Positions 29,342 to 40,830 are shown, numbered from the stretch's first letter. The stretch: 64,000 bases of DNA from an uncultured Planctomycetaceae bacterium (GCA_963815195.1 CAWFGE010000013.1:1120001-1184000); one strand, 5' to 3'. Numbers and translations: made by a program. The notes: a model not told the origin generated them from the sequence alone.

Positions 29342-30049
29342 TTATTTCCGCCGCAGGACGAGATACCACATCGGCGAGAGGCCCCGCATCACCGCCAGGC
29401 GGGAGACGACTTCCAGGCCGGCCCGGTCCGCCTCTTCTTGAATCGAGCGGAGGGGGATGGGGATCCGGTCCGTGGGCGTGGTGCCGCGCCACATGTGTTT
29501 GAGCCGGAATTTCACCGCATCGACGGCGAAGGAGTTGAAGAACGAAACGATCGCCGCGCCCCGGCAAATCCGCCGCAGTTCGCAAAAGGCCGCGAACCGG
29601 GTTTCGGGTTCGTTGAAGTGATGGAACAGCCGGTTGCAGATCACGCCGTCGAACTGCCCATCGTCGTAGCTTGTCGCGAGGACTTGCTCGACGTGGAACT
29701 GCACCGGGACCGATGCGGGCGTTGCGCCTTCCGATTGATCGTTCCAACGGCGCTCCGCCAAGGCGAGCATGTGCGGCGAAGCGTCGGCGGCGGTCACTTG
29801 AAACCCCGCACCGACGAGAAGGGAGGTCAAACGCCCCGTCCCGCAAGGCAGGTCCAGCAGCGTGCCGCCGGGCTTCACAAACCTGAGCGACTTTTGAATG
29901 CAGCGGACTTCCCGCCGTTCCCGGAAGGAGTTCCCGTAAGCCGGCGGATAATCGCTGGCGACGTCTGCCTGGTCGAAGCGGGCGATGGTGCGTTCATAGG
30001 AAGCCCCCGGTTCGAGGGTTGGATCTTCCGCGGTGTGCAGTTTGGTCAC
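29342..30049 (-). CDS. class I SAM-dependent methyltransferase
   Basis: LLDLPCGTGR, DASPHM, FD..ICNRLFHH. Confidence 0.88.
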   Translation of the reverse strand: MTKLHTAEDPTLEPGASYERTIARFDQADVASDYPPAYGNSFRERREVRCIQKSLRFVKPGGTLLDLPCGTGRLTSLLVGAGFQVTAADASPHMLALAERRWNDQSEGATPASVPVQFHVEQVLATSYDDGQFDGVICNRLFHHFNEPETRFAAFCELRRICRGAAIVSFFNSFAVDAVKFRLKHMWRGTTPTDRIPIPLRSIQEEADRAGLEVVSRLAVMRGLSPMWYLVLRRK

Positions 30050-30070
30050 ATTGAACTCCGTTTCAAAAGA

Positions 30071-31213
30071 TTAAGGCGAGCCGGTTTGTTTCTGCGGCCG
30101 GCTCTTGTGTTGGGCCTCGTCTTCCAGGACTTCGTGGGCCTGGAAGCGGCGGTCGTAAACATCGTAATCGCGGGCATTCACGCCCACCGAATGAAGGACC
30201 TGCGCGGTCCAGGTCGGCCAAGGCGACCAGCGGGCGCGGGGGGATTTGGTGAGGTCGATCGGCGTCCAGACGAACCACGCCAATCCCACCGCCAGGACGA
30301 TCTCCGCGAGGAGGACCGGCCAACCGGAATCCGAAGAGGCTTGCGACAGGCCGTTTCGCGCCATCGTCACCAGCCGCGTGGCCCGGCGGGCGATCATGTG
30401 CTGTCCGCGGCCGAACGCGAGTTCGACGGATTGCGAATCCGCCTCTTCCTCGGCCCGTTCCACAATTTTTAAGAGGGACCGCAAATAATGGGCGATGTCG
30501 CTTTTGGAGGTCACTGCGGCTTCGTCGCAGGCCAGTTCCCGGCTGAGTGCCGACCGCCCCGACGACCACCACACGAGCGGATGAAACCAAAACAGCATTT
30601 CCACCAGCCGCTGCACGAACAGCGTCAGCGGATGCCCCGTCCGCAGGTGCTCCGATTCGTGCCGAACGATCAGGCGGATTTCTTCCGGTTCGAACTCCGT
30701 CAAGAACTCCGGCAGCACGATCAACGGCCGATGCACCTGCCAGCAAAAGGGGCTGCTCAGCCGGCGGCTCGTCAGGAATTCCACGTCCGGCAGCGCGTCC
30801 CGGCCATTCGCCGATTCCCCGCGGAGAATCGTCAACAACTCCGGATCCTGAACCGGCCGGCAGGACTTGAGAAAGCTATGCACCCGCCACCAATGGATGA
30901 GGAACAACATCAGCGAACACACGGCCCCCGCGGCCCAGACCACGAACAGCACAAGACCCAGCCGATCTTGCCAAAGCGTGATTTCGAGGTTCAGGGACGA
31001 ATCCACCGTCAACCACGCATGCAGCGGCCGAAAGCGGGGCAGCAAAACGGCCCGGAGCGCGAGGGCCAGGATCAGGAAATGGCAGCCGGCCCAGACGCGG
31101 CTCTTGACGGCTTCGCGGTTCACGAACCGGGCCAGGCCGTGGGCCAAGATCACCAGGAGCGCCACCTGGATCGACAACGAAACGAAGATCTCCAGAAACT
31201 CCGGCCTGCTCAT
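30071..31213 (-). CDS. BlaR1-like M56 family metallopeptidase
   Basis: TMs, HESEH, WFHPLVW, RELACD; overlaps the BlaI-family gene. Confidence 0.88.
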   Translation of the reverse strand: MSRPEFLEIFVSLSIQVALLVILAHGLARFVNREAVKSRVWAGCHFLILALALRAVLLPRFRPLHAWLTVDSSLNLEITLWQDRLGLVLFVVWAAGAVCSLMLFLIHWWRVHSFLKSCRPVQDPELLTILRGESANGRDALPDVEFLTSRRLSSPFCWQVHRPLIVLPEFLTEFEPEEIRLIVRHESEHLRTGHPLTLFVQRLVEMLFWFHPLVWWSSGRSALSRELACDEAAVTSKSDIAHYLRSLLKIVERAEEEADSQSVELAFGRGQHMIARRATRLVTMARNGLSQASSDSGWPVLLAEIVLAVGLAWFVWTPIDLTKSPRARWSPWPTWTAQVLHSVGVNARDYDVYDRRFQAHEVLEDEAQHKSRPQKQTGSP

Positions 31214-31584
31214 TCGTCGGCCTCCAGTTCGTCGATGGCCTGCTTGAGTTCCTCGATGTCTTCTTTGGTGAGACGTTCCCCTTGGAGCAGGTTCAGCACC
31301 AGCGACTTCGCCGACCCGCCGAAGAGCCGCTCTTTGAGTTCCAGGGACATGCTTCGCGAGACGTCCTCGCGCGAGACGGTCGGTTCGTAGACGTAAGCCC
31401 GGCCGCGTTTTTCCGCCCGGACGACGCCTCGCTTCGATCGCAGAATGCGGAGGGTGGTCATTACGGTCGTGTAAGCCAGGGGGCGCTCGAGGCCGTCCAC
31501 CACGTCCTGGACCGTCGCCCGGCCGAGCTGCCAGACCACGTCCATGACCTCCATTTCGCATTTTGTCAGATGGTATTCCGTCAT
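31210..31584 (-). CDS. BlaI/MecI/CopY family transcriptional repressor
   Basis: EMEVMDVVW, LAYTTVMTTLRIL, GRAYVYEP, LFGGS. Confidence 0.92.
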   Translation of the reverse strand: MTEYHLTKCEMEVMDVVWQLGRATVQDVVDGLERPLAYTTVMTTLRILRSKRGVVRAEKRGRAYVYEPTVSREDVSRSMSLELKERLFGGSAKSLVLNLLQGERLTKEDIEELKQAIDELEADE

Positions 31585-31634
31585 TGTGCAAGTTCTCTCA
31601 ATCCAAGCGTCTCGCCGGCAAAAGGAAACTCTTT

Positions 31635-31704
31635 CTGAGCGGCACGGCGCTAGCCGCCGGTTGGTGGAACACGGGAAACCGGCGGCTAGCGCCGTGCCGC
31701 TCAG
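31635..31704. repeat. REP-like palindrome (GCGCTAGCC family)
   Basis: CTGAGCGGCACGGCGCTAGCCGCCGGTT / AACCGGCGGCTAGCGCCGTGCCGCTCAG, perfect arms. Confidence 0.9.
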
Positions 31705-31722
31705 TAATTGTTGGAACGATCC

Positions 31723-32629
31723 TTACCGGCTCTGCCGCCGAGCCAGCGTCTGGTACTCCAAGGAACCGATGGTTTCAGAGATCAGGCTGACGCGGCCGTC
31801 GCCCCACAGAAAATTCGCCCCGCCGGGATGCCGGCTGCTGAATTCGCACTCGTCGCACCAGCCGCAATTCGGACCGGTGAAAGCATTGCCCACGACTCGG
31901 CACAGGGCATCTTCGCCCCGGCGATCGACCCCCAGCCATGTGGACGGAACGCGGGCCATCGTGCGCTCGCCGACGAACAGGCTGTTGCTGAGCCCGCGGG
32001 TCATGTCGGCAAACCGCACGCGGCGGGCTTCCACGAAAGCCCCTTCCCCGGTCGCGGCCAGGGTTTCATCATCATCCGGCTCGCTGACGCCGAAAACGCC
32101 GACATAGTTCGCCGACGGCAATTCCACCAGCGGTCCGACCGCCTGGCCCGCATCGTCGACTTCATAAAGCGTAAACTGCGCCAGCGTGATGTCCGAGGGA
32201 CAGAGGAACAAACCGAGCGACGTTTGCCGGCTAAAAGCATTGGCCGGATCGGCGATCGGGCGGTTCCGGTCGACCTGCCGAAACACCGCCGTCTGATCCA
32301 AAAACGACAGCAAAGGCACGCCCCAACCGTATGCGGATTGACGCTGCGATTCCCACTGCCAACCCGGCGGCAGGCAGTTGTGCTGGTCGTGATAATTGTG
32401 GAGAGCCAGGCCCAGTTGCTTGAGCTGATTGGTGCATTGAATCTTCCGGGCCGCCTCGCGCCGAAAACAAAGCCGGCAACACCAGCGCCACCAACACCCC
32501 GATAATGCCCACGCACACCAAAAGTTCGAGTATCGTAAACCCCGCACGCGCCCCATGTTTCAGGGCGCAATGTTCCGGTTGGGGAAATCGACGGGGGCAT
32601 CGGATGTGACATCCCGTGCGGCAATTCAT
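31723..32629 (-). CDS. DUF1559 family protein (frameshift near 32460)
   Basis: [24 protein letters not shown] in one frame; REAARKIQC...CPSD...[12 protein letters not shown] in another. Confidence 0.8.
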
Positions 32630-32779
32630 CCGCGGACTCCTTTCCGGCAAGGACTCGAAAATCTGGCGGGAATGCTATGAAGTCTTTAGTACTTCGTCAA
32701 GATGAGTCGCAAACTCCCCAAAGGGCTTTTGTGTTTTGTGTTGGTATGCCGCGAAGCCGGCGGGCCAGTGGGGGGAGCA

Positions 32780-33934
32780 TCAGCATCCAGACGCCTCCCG
32801 CTCCGTTGTCATTGCGGGGATCGGCAGCGGCGGGTGCTTTTGGTGCAGGAACCACTGATTCAATACGACGTGCTTCGCGAACCACCGGGTGGCCAGGGTT
32901 TTTGACGCGAGCCAATGCAGCCACGCGGCGGGAAGCCAGCCGGCGAGATCGCCCGAGCGCGGCTTACCGAACCGCTCGAGAATTTGCGTCTGATAGCCGG
33001 CCAGGTTCTCCCGGCGGTAATCTCCCTCGGCGTTTTGCACGACCTCGGCGGCGATCAGGCCGGATTCCACGGCGGGCCGGATGCCTTCGCCGCTTTGCGG
33101 ATAAGCCAGCCCCGCGGCATCGCCGATGAGCAGCACGCCCTCATCGAACAACAGCGGCTGTCTTCGCTCGTAGAGTTTGTACGCATGCCCTGAGAACTTG
33201 GGCGGGATCTCGCAGGCAACTTTGTTCCGCGCGCGGAGAAAATCGCAGAACTCCTCCACGTGCTTGGGAAGTTGATGGGAGTCCAACCGCCCCAAGCCGA
33301 TGTTGAGGTAATCCCCTTTCCGAAAACACCACCCGTAGCCTTTGAGGTCCGGGCAGAAGAACAATTCCGGCGTTTCGGCCTGGACGGTGCCCGCGCGGAG
33401 GTCCTCCGCGGCGGCGGCGAACTCGACTTCCCGCGCGAGGACGACCGACGCGGCGGCATCCCGAGACCCGTCCAAGTGCCGGGCCACCGGACAAAAATGT
33501 CCGCCCGCGCCGATCAACAGCGGCGTGCGGTAGCGGCCGTTGACGACCCAGTTTTTTCCTTCCCGCCGGAGGTCCTGGACCGCCTCGCCGAGCCGGCATT
33601 CGACGCCTGCCCGGCGGAGCAAATAGGCGTCGAACTCGCAGCGGCGGATGCCGAAGCTCACGGGCTTGGAATACGGAATCTCGACTTCCCCGCCGCCGAT
33701 GACGCCGGTGCGAAATCCGAGAATCGGCTGCCAGACCCGGCCTTGGGAGTATTCGCCGGGATCGAGTTCCAACTCTTCCACGACTTGGGGCGTGATCCAA
33801 CCGGCGCAGGGTTTGTTGCGGGGAAACGAGGCTTTGTCGAGAAGCAGCGCTTTCCATCCCGCGCGCTTCAGTCTTCCCGCGCACGTCGAACCGGCCGGGC
33901 CGCCGCCGATGATGAGAACGTCGTATGCATCCAT
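32780..33934 (-). CDS. FAD-dependent geranylgeranyl-reductase-family oxidoreductase
   Basis: IGGGPAG, FPRNKPCAG, GYGWCF, IGDAAG, GEGI. Confidence 0.88.
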   Translation of the reverse strand: MDAYDVLIIGGGPAGSTCAGRLKRAGWKALLLDKASFPRNKPCAGWITPQVVEELELDPGEYSQGRVWQPILGFRTGVIGGGEVEIPYSKPVSFGIRRCEFDAYLLRRAGVECRLGEAVQDLRREGKNWVVNGRYRTPLLIGAGGHFCPVARHLDGSRDAAASVVLAREVEFAAAAEDLRAGTVQAETPELFFCPDLKGYGWCFRKGDYLNIGLGRLDSHQLPKHVEEFCDFLRARNKVACEIPPKFSGHAYKLYERRQPLLFDEGVLLIGDAAGLAYPQSGEGIRPAVESGLIAAEVVQNAEGDYRRENLAGYQTQILERFGKPRSGDLAGWLPAAWLHWLASKTLATRWFAKHVVLNQWFLHQKHPPLPIPAMTTEREASGC

Positions 33935-34135
33935 CGTGGGCTTCTCTTTGTGGTTCTTCCGGATAGTCAGGGGGAACGACGACCGTGTTAAAGAATTCCT
34001 TGTCCGCGCTCTTTCACCTTCCCGTGGGGAGGTAAGATCCGTGGTTGATCGACACACAAAAAGATCATCAGCGTCCGCCCACCGATTCGCCGGAAGAGCC
34101 CTCTTTGTTTGGAATCGTGCCAGTTCGCGTCCGAA

Positions 34136-35499
34136 TCACGCGGGGCGGCCGTTGCCGTTGGACGACGGGCCGCCGCGTCCCTCCGGGTGATCGAGATACA
34201 TAGACTCCCGCGTCCAAGGGATTTCATTGTTGGGTCCGCGGGTAAACAGGACCTGAAACAATTGCAGGCCGCCGGTTTCGAACGCGGCAATCGATCCCGA
34301 AAGGTACAACCGCCAAATCCGCACAAACCGCTCGTCGAACATCCCGCGGACTTTGTCTTCCGGCGCGCGAAGCGCTCGAGCCAATGCCGGAGCGTGAGCG
34401 CGTAATGCAGCCGGAGGTTCTCCACGTCGAGGACGGAAAAGTTTCTCGGCTCGAACACAGGCATCATCTGGCCCAAGGTCGGCGGGCAGGCTCCGGGAAA
34501 GATGCGCCGCTCGATCCAGGGGTTCAATCGCTGGGCGAAGTTCTGGCCGATGGAGTGGATGAGCCCGAAGCCTTCGGGCCTCAGGCAGCGGTGCACCACG
34601 TCGCCCAATTGCTCATAATTCTTGAGCCCCACGTGTTCCAGCATGCCCACGGAGACGAACACGTCGCAGGACTGGTCCATCGTGCGCCAATCGTCTTCGA
34701 TAAACTCCACCCGCTGCTCCAATCCCCTTCGGCGGGCCTCTTCGCGGGCGTATTGGATCTGCTCGCGCGAGATGTTAAACGCCTTCACCGTCGCGCCGTA
34801 ATGCTCGGCCATGTGGAGCGCGAAGGCTCCCCATCCGCAGCCGGCTTCCAGCACCCTCTGCCCGGATCGCAGGCGAAGCTTTCGGCAGATGTGGTCCATC
34901 TTGGCGAGCTGGGCGGATTCGAGAGTCAAATTCGGTTTGGGAAAATACGCGCAGGTATAAAGCAGCCGCTCGTCCAGCCAAAGCCGGTAGAAGTCGTTCC
35001 CGATGTCATAATGGTGCCGGATGTTCTCGCGGGACCGCGCCGCCGTGGTCGCGCGGGGCCGGCGAAAGCATCTCACGAACCGAGCCGACAGGGACCGGTA
35101 CGCCCCCGGCTGGGTGAGGGCCTGGTAAACCATGACCAAGAGTTCCGTCAGGTCTCCATCGACTTCGATCCGGCCGTCGGTATAGGCTTCGCCGAATTCG
35201 TAGACGGGATCGATCACCAGTTTCCAGAGCGTGACGCGGTCGCGAATCCGCAGCCTAATGGCCGATGACGTTCCGGCGGGGGCAATCTCCCCGTGCCCCT
35301 CGAGCACGATCGACACCGGCGGATTGCCCAGGCGGTCGAGCAACCGCCCTAGCTTCCGCCGTTCCGGAGCGGTGAGCGAACGCTGCGCCGCGTCCGCTTC
35401 CTGCCGTTCCCAGGGGGGGGTTGCGGACTCGTCCAGTCGATCGGAATTTGCGGATGGGTTCAGATTGGGCGTCGGTGCATCTGGCATCCGGCGATTCAT
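34136..35499 (-). CDS. cyclopropane-fatty-acyl-phospholipid synthase family methyltransferase (frameshift near 34365)
   Basis: HHYDIGNDFY, LEAGCGWG, SVGMLEHVG, IFPG, HYALTLRHW; the C-terminal FDERFVRIWRLYL lies in another frame. Confidence 0.85.
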
Positions 35500-35811
35500 G
35501 CGTTGGGCCTCCCGGAATCAACAGGGACTTCTCCATGAAAAAAATCGGGAATGGACAAGGCAAACATCGGTTGATCTTCCGCTCGTGCTCCTCGATCCAA
35601 AGGTGATCAATCAACGGAAATCATATCCACTAAAGCAGAAACGCCGCTGATTATCCAGAAAAATCCGCCGGCCGGCCAAGTCAAGGGAAATTTCGCCCCC
35701 CTAGCTCGGGTTGGAAGAAAGCGGAAAACGGTGCGATCATCAACCGGAAGGCGCGAGTTCTGCGTCAAACCAAAAACTTGGAGTTGGAAAAAATAACTTG
35801 GGGTTGGAAAA

Positions 35812-35903
35812 ATTAGCCGCAGGGCGCTAGCCCCGGTTCACCTGAAGAACCGGGCGCGAGTGAACGATCACCGCAAAACCGGGGCGAGCGCCCGGCGGCT
35901 AAT
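35812..35903. repeat. REP-like palindrome (TTAGCCGCAGGGCGCTAGC family)
   Basis: ATTAGCCGCAGGGCGCTAGCCCCGGTT / AACCGGGGCGAGCGCCCGGCGGCTAAT. Confidence 0.8.
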
Positions 35904-36038
35904 GATTTTGGGTCATCCGGCCGGAAAGCCGGCGCGGAAATTCGGAAAGCCGTGCAAACCGCGTGTGTGTTTGGTTAGAATAACAGTCGAATTGCGTCCC
36001 CTCTCTGACGAGGACCCCCTGAGACCTGTGGAGCCGAG

Positions 36039-38934
36039 ATGATGTTTGCTGTCCTTCCCCGATCTATTTGGGTGCTGCTCGCCGCTGTGATCTTGGGCGT
36101 TTCTCCCTTGGCCGCCCAAGTGCGGGTTCAAGTCGAAACGAAGGAGGCGGCTCCGGAGGAAGACATCGTCCGGCCGGCAACGGAACCGGCGCCGCCCAGG
36201 GCCTCCACGCAGCGACCGTCCCAACCGGATTCCACGAATGCCAAGAAACCCCAAGTGGATCCCGAAAGTTTGGAAAGCATCCTCAAGCGGGCTCGCGACG
36301 TGCAATCGGAAAGGGCCCGTCTCGACAATCAGCCTGCTCCCAAACCGCCCGAGAAACCGGACCTGACGATCGTGCTCGAAAACCCGTTCCTCAGCCAGGG
36401 ACGTTATCGCTCGAACAACGAATACGACCGGGCGTTCGCGGTGCGGCTGTTGATCGCCAATCCCACGGACAAGGACGTGGAACTCAAGCGGGCCGGCGTT
36501 TCGCTCACTTTGGATCAAAAGACCTACAAAGCCGAGACGAACACGAACAACTATTCCACTTCGTTTTCCGTGGGCAACAAACACTTTTCGACCAGCTCGC
36601 TTAGCATGCCGGACGTGGTGAAGATCCCGGCGGGAAAATCGGCGTCGGCGTGGGCCACGTTCGGCAAGCTGCCGATGAATCCCGCCGTCCCCGATATGAA
36701 GCTCACATTGGACCTGGGCGAAGAGAAGCGGGAAATCGACGTCAACCGGTTCTGCCGGGGGCTGTTGAAAACCAGCGTCAAACGCCTGGGCCCCAAAGAT
36801 TGCCTGGCGATTCTTTCGATCGCGGGCGATCTCAACGCGGTCAACGCGCGGTCGCTGGTGGAAGAACTCGACGACCTGGCCATCAAGCAGAAAGTCGCGC
36901 GGGTCATCATTCGCTGGGAGAAAGACGCCGCCCCGGTCGAATCGAATTTGATGAACTGGCTGCAGCAAGCCGCCGTCCAAGCCGGGCAACCGCGGCCCAA
37001 CAATCAAAACAACAACCAGAATATCCTTTCCCATCGTGCCGATGGGCATTCGCGAATTGCATCTCACCGAGTTGCCCCAGGAGAACGGCCGGAATTCGTC
37101 GAGCGAAGCCCAATCGCGGATTCACAAGGACACAGGCGAGGCGATCATCGCGGCTTTGAGAACCGCCTATTTGGCGCTGCCCGCGGATGAGATCGTCGAC
37201 GACCTTCGGCATGAGGATCCCGTGATCCGCGCGGCGGCATTGATGGGCGGGGGCGGGCGACTGCCTCCCGACAAACTGCCCGTGCTCTTGGAGTTCGTCC
37301 ACAGCAAGGACCGGAACCTCGAGCGGGCGGCGATTTTCGCGATGCGGAACTTCGGCGAAGAGAACGCCATCCAAACCCTCGTCGAACTCATCCAAAAGAA
37401 CGAGAAACCCCGCTGCACCGAGGCGGCGGAAAGCCTCGCGACCTCGCGGTTCGCCGCCGCGTCGGAAGCGCTTCTGGACCTCTTGAAATCGGCGAAGCCC
37501 GAAGTCAAAACCAACATCGTCGAGGTACTCGCCAAATATCCCCGCCCCGTCTGGGCCGAGACGATCGCCGAGTACGCCCGGCATCCCGAAACGCCCATCG
37601 GCATGGCGTCCCTGCGGGCACTCGTCCGCATCGGGCATCCCGAACTGCCGTCGCTTTTAAGGAAAGCCTTGGAGCAACAGGACGAGCAGATCCAGGTGGA
37701 GGCCTTCAACATCCTCGCAGCGCGGAACGATACGGACAGCGAACGCCTCGCCGTGGACTACATGCTCAAATACCTCCGCAACAAACCGCCCATCGGACAG
37801 ATGCCGAACCTCATCAACCGCACCAAGGATCCCCGCACGATCCCGCTGTTGATCCGGCAGTATCAAAGCAAAATGGGCAACCGGTACACGATCATCAATA
37901 CCCTGTCCTTGATCGGGGATCAATCGGTGGTCGATCTCCTGGTCTCGGATTATCCAAAGCTCAACAACAACGAGAAACGGGCCGTGCTGCAAGGTCTCCA
38001 GCAGTTGCATTCTCCGGAGTTTCTCCGGCTCGCCGCGGAAGCGCTTTCGATCGACGATTCCTCGCTGGTCAATACCGCCTCTGACGGGCTTTACAAGCAA
38101 GGCAGCCTCGAGGCCGAGCGGGTGTTGATCGAAGGTCTGAAGAAAGAGGCCAAGCATTCCCGCTGGAGCTACCTTTGCAACGCCTTGGTGAACTTCGGCA
38201 CGCCAGAGGCCCGCGAAGCCCTCCGCGAAGCCCGCAGCTCGAGCAATGCCAACAAAAAGTCCTCGGCGATCAATGCGCTCAGGTCGCTGCAGCAGCGATC
38301 TCCGGGCAATCAATACATCTACCAGGCCCGGAATTTCGTCCAGCAGAAAAAGTGGGACGAGGCGATCAAGTATTACAACCTCTCCATCGAAGCCGATTCC
38401 GAGTTCGCCGAAGCCTACGCCGGCCGGGGGACCGCGTATCTCAATATGAACAAGCCCAAAGAAGCTCGCGCGGATTTCGACCGGGCGGTAAAGGCCGACC
38501 CCGAAAATTCCCAAGGCCAGACCGGGAAAGCGATTATGATGGTCCTGGACGGGCAGATCGAAGAGGGCGTGAAGTACGCGGAGGCGACGCGCACGAAGCT
38601 GGAAAAGCTCACCGGCACCAACCCTATGCTGATCTACAACACCGCCTGCGTTTACGGGCGGGCCGTGGGCCAACTCGCCAAGGAGCCGGAAGGTAAGCAA
38701 CGCGACGAGAAGTTAAAGAAGTATCAAACCAAGGCCGTCGCCATCCTGGACGAAGCGATCAAAAACCGCTTCAGCGATTTCAACCTGATGAAGAGCGACC
38801 CGGACCTCAAGCCGCTGGCCAAGCTGCCGGAGTTCCAAAAACTCTTGCCCGACGCCAAAAAGCCCGACCCCAACCGCAAACGCCCCAACCTGAATGTTCA
38901 AGAAAGGCCCGCTTTCGCCCCCGGGGTGTTTTAA
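36039..38934 (+). CDS. secreted HEAT-repeat + TPR protein (frameshift near 37030)
   Basis: Signal peptide in ORF 36039-37190; HEAT and TPR repeats (AYAGRG, YNTAC, SDPDL) in ORF 37036-38934. Confidence 0.75.
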
Positions 38935-39225
38935 CCGCGAGCCGGTGGTTCCTCTCTTCGGAGCGCATCTTCCGTAGCGGCGGCTTCCAGCCGGCGACTC
39001 GGAGGGCGTGGCACGTTCCTGTGCGCGGGCGCGGTCGTTGTGCTTCGCCACGCCTTTCGCTGCGCTCAGGGACCTGCCGCCCGGATTCTTGCTTGCAGGC
39101 CGCTTTTTCTTCCCGGAGCGTTGTTTTGAGGGCGGGCTTTGTTTCGCCGAGATCCCGAACCCATTATAGTACGCCCAACGGTCAGGCGGCGGCGCGGCAT
39201 CTGAAAGCAACGGAGGAGTGTATTC

Positions 39226-40830
39226 TTGATTTCCGAACCTGGTTCACCCGCGGGACGAAAATTCCTTTCGCCGGCCGGCTGGGGCAAACCCCGCCGGTCG
39301 CTGGTCCGCACGCTGGGCGGTTGGCCCCGCATCGTCCGCTGGCTGGTGCTGTTGTTTGCGGTCTCGCTGAGTTACGATTTCGGGTTTTTCTCGGGCTTTG
39401 GGAAAGCCACGCCCGCCGTCGCTCAAAACACATTCGCCCAGACCGAAGGCCGGGGCGAAGCCGATCTGGGCCTCGAACCCGTCGCAAAAGGAGAACAAGA
39501 GCACAGGCACGAAAACCCTGTCACGCCGGTGCTGGTCGCGATTGTGCTGATTTTGTTTCTGGCCAAAGTCGGCGGCGATTTGTTCGAGCGACTCGGAATG
39601 CCCGCGGTCTTAGGCGAATTGACCGTGGGAATTGTTCTGGGGAACACGGCGGTGTTCAATCCCTATTTTCAAGTGCCGGAGGTGCCCAAGCACGTCGATC
39701 GGGAAATGGCCGAGCGGATCGAGCACGCCGAACCGGAAGACGTGTTCTATCAGCCGGGGGCGATCGTCAGGATCCTCGCGGAAATCGGCGTGGTCCTCTT
39801 GCTGTTCGAAGTCGGCCTCGAATCCACCGTGCACGAGATGCTCTCGGTGGGCGTCTCGTCGCTGTTGGTGGCCGTGATGGGCGTCGTGGCCCCGATGATC
39901 CTGGGCTGGTTGGCCGGCTGGCTGTTGGTGCCGGAGCTAGGGCCGGAGGTGCATGCCTTCATCGGGGCGACGTTATGCGCGACGAGCGTGGGCATCACCG
40001 CGCGTGTCTTGAAAGACCTGGGCCGGAGCAAGCAGCGCGAATCGCAGATCATCCTCGGGGCGGCGGTCATCGATGATGTCTTGGGACTCGTGATCCTCAC
40101 CGTCGTTTCCGGCGTGATCAGCAGCGGGGAGTTTCATTATTACACGGTGGGCATCGTCGTTCTCAAGGCGGCCGTGTTTTTGTTCGGCGCGGTGTTTTTG
40201 GGGGCGTTCTTTTTTACGCGGCCGTTGTTCAAGTCGGCGACGTTTTTGCGGGGGCACGGGCTGTTGGTGTCGGTGTCGCTCGTGATTTGCTTCGGTTTCG
40301 CCTATCTCGCGACCCTGGTGCAGTTGGAACCGATCGTCGGTGCTTTCGCCGCCGGCCTGATTCTGGAACGCGCCCATTACAGCGACCTCGGCGAGAAGGA
40401 AAACTACCACGAGCTCGAGGAAGCCCTCGCTCCGATCAGCGCGCTTTTGGTGCCGATCTTCTTTGTGGAAATGGGCACGCAGGTCAACCTCAACAGTTTT
40501 GCGGACACGTCCGTGTGGGGCCTGGCCGCCGCAATCACGGTGATGGCGATCCTGGGCAAGCAGGTCTGCGCTTTGGGCGTTCGCGAGAAAGGCCTGAATC
40601 GCCTCGCCGTGGGTCTGGGGATGATTCCCCGCGGCGAAGTGGGCCTGATCTTCGCGGCCGTAGGCAAAAGCCTCAGAGTGAACGGCAAACCCGTCATCGA
40701 CGACAACACGTTTTCCGCCATCGTGGTGATGGTGATAATCACCACCATGGTCACCCCGCCGCTCCTCAAATGGGCTCTCGCGCGGGACGGAGATCGGGAG
40801 ACGGGAAGTGAGGGAGTGATCGAAAAATAA
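39226..40830 (+). CDS. cation:proton antiporter (CPA2 family)
   Basis: ATSVGITARVL, AAVIDDV, GAFAAG, MIPRGEV; start uncertain. Confidence 0.9.
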   Translation: MISEPGSPAGRKFLSPAGWGKPRRSLVRTLGGWPRIVRWLVLLFAVSLSYDFGFFSGFGKATPAVAQNTFAQTEGRGEADLGLEPVAKGEQEHRHENPVTPVLVAIVLILFLAKVGGDLFERLGMPAVLGELTVGIVLGNTAVFNPYFQVPEVPKHVDREMAERIEHAEPEDVFYQPGAIVRILAEIGVVLLLFEVGLESTVHEMLSVGVSSLLVAVMGVVAPMILGWLAGWLLVPELGPEVHAFIGATLCATSVGITARVLKDLGRSKQRESQIILGAAVIDDVLGLVILTVVSGVISSGEFHYYTVGIVVLKAAVFLFGAVFLGAFFFTRPLFKSATFLRGHGLLVSVSLVICFGFAYLATLVQLEPIVGAFAAGLILERAHYSDLGEKENYHELEEALAPISALLVPIFFVEMGTQVNLNSFADTSVWGLAAAITVMAILGKQVCALGVREKGLNRLAVGLGMIPRGEVGLIFAAVGKSLRVNGKPVIDDNTFSAIVVMVIITTMVTPPLLKWALARDGDRETGSEGVIEK

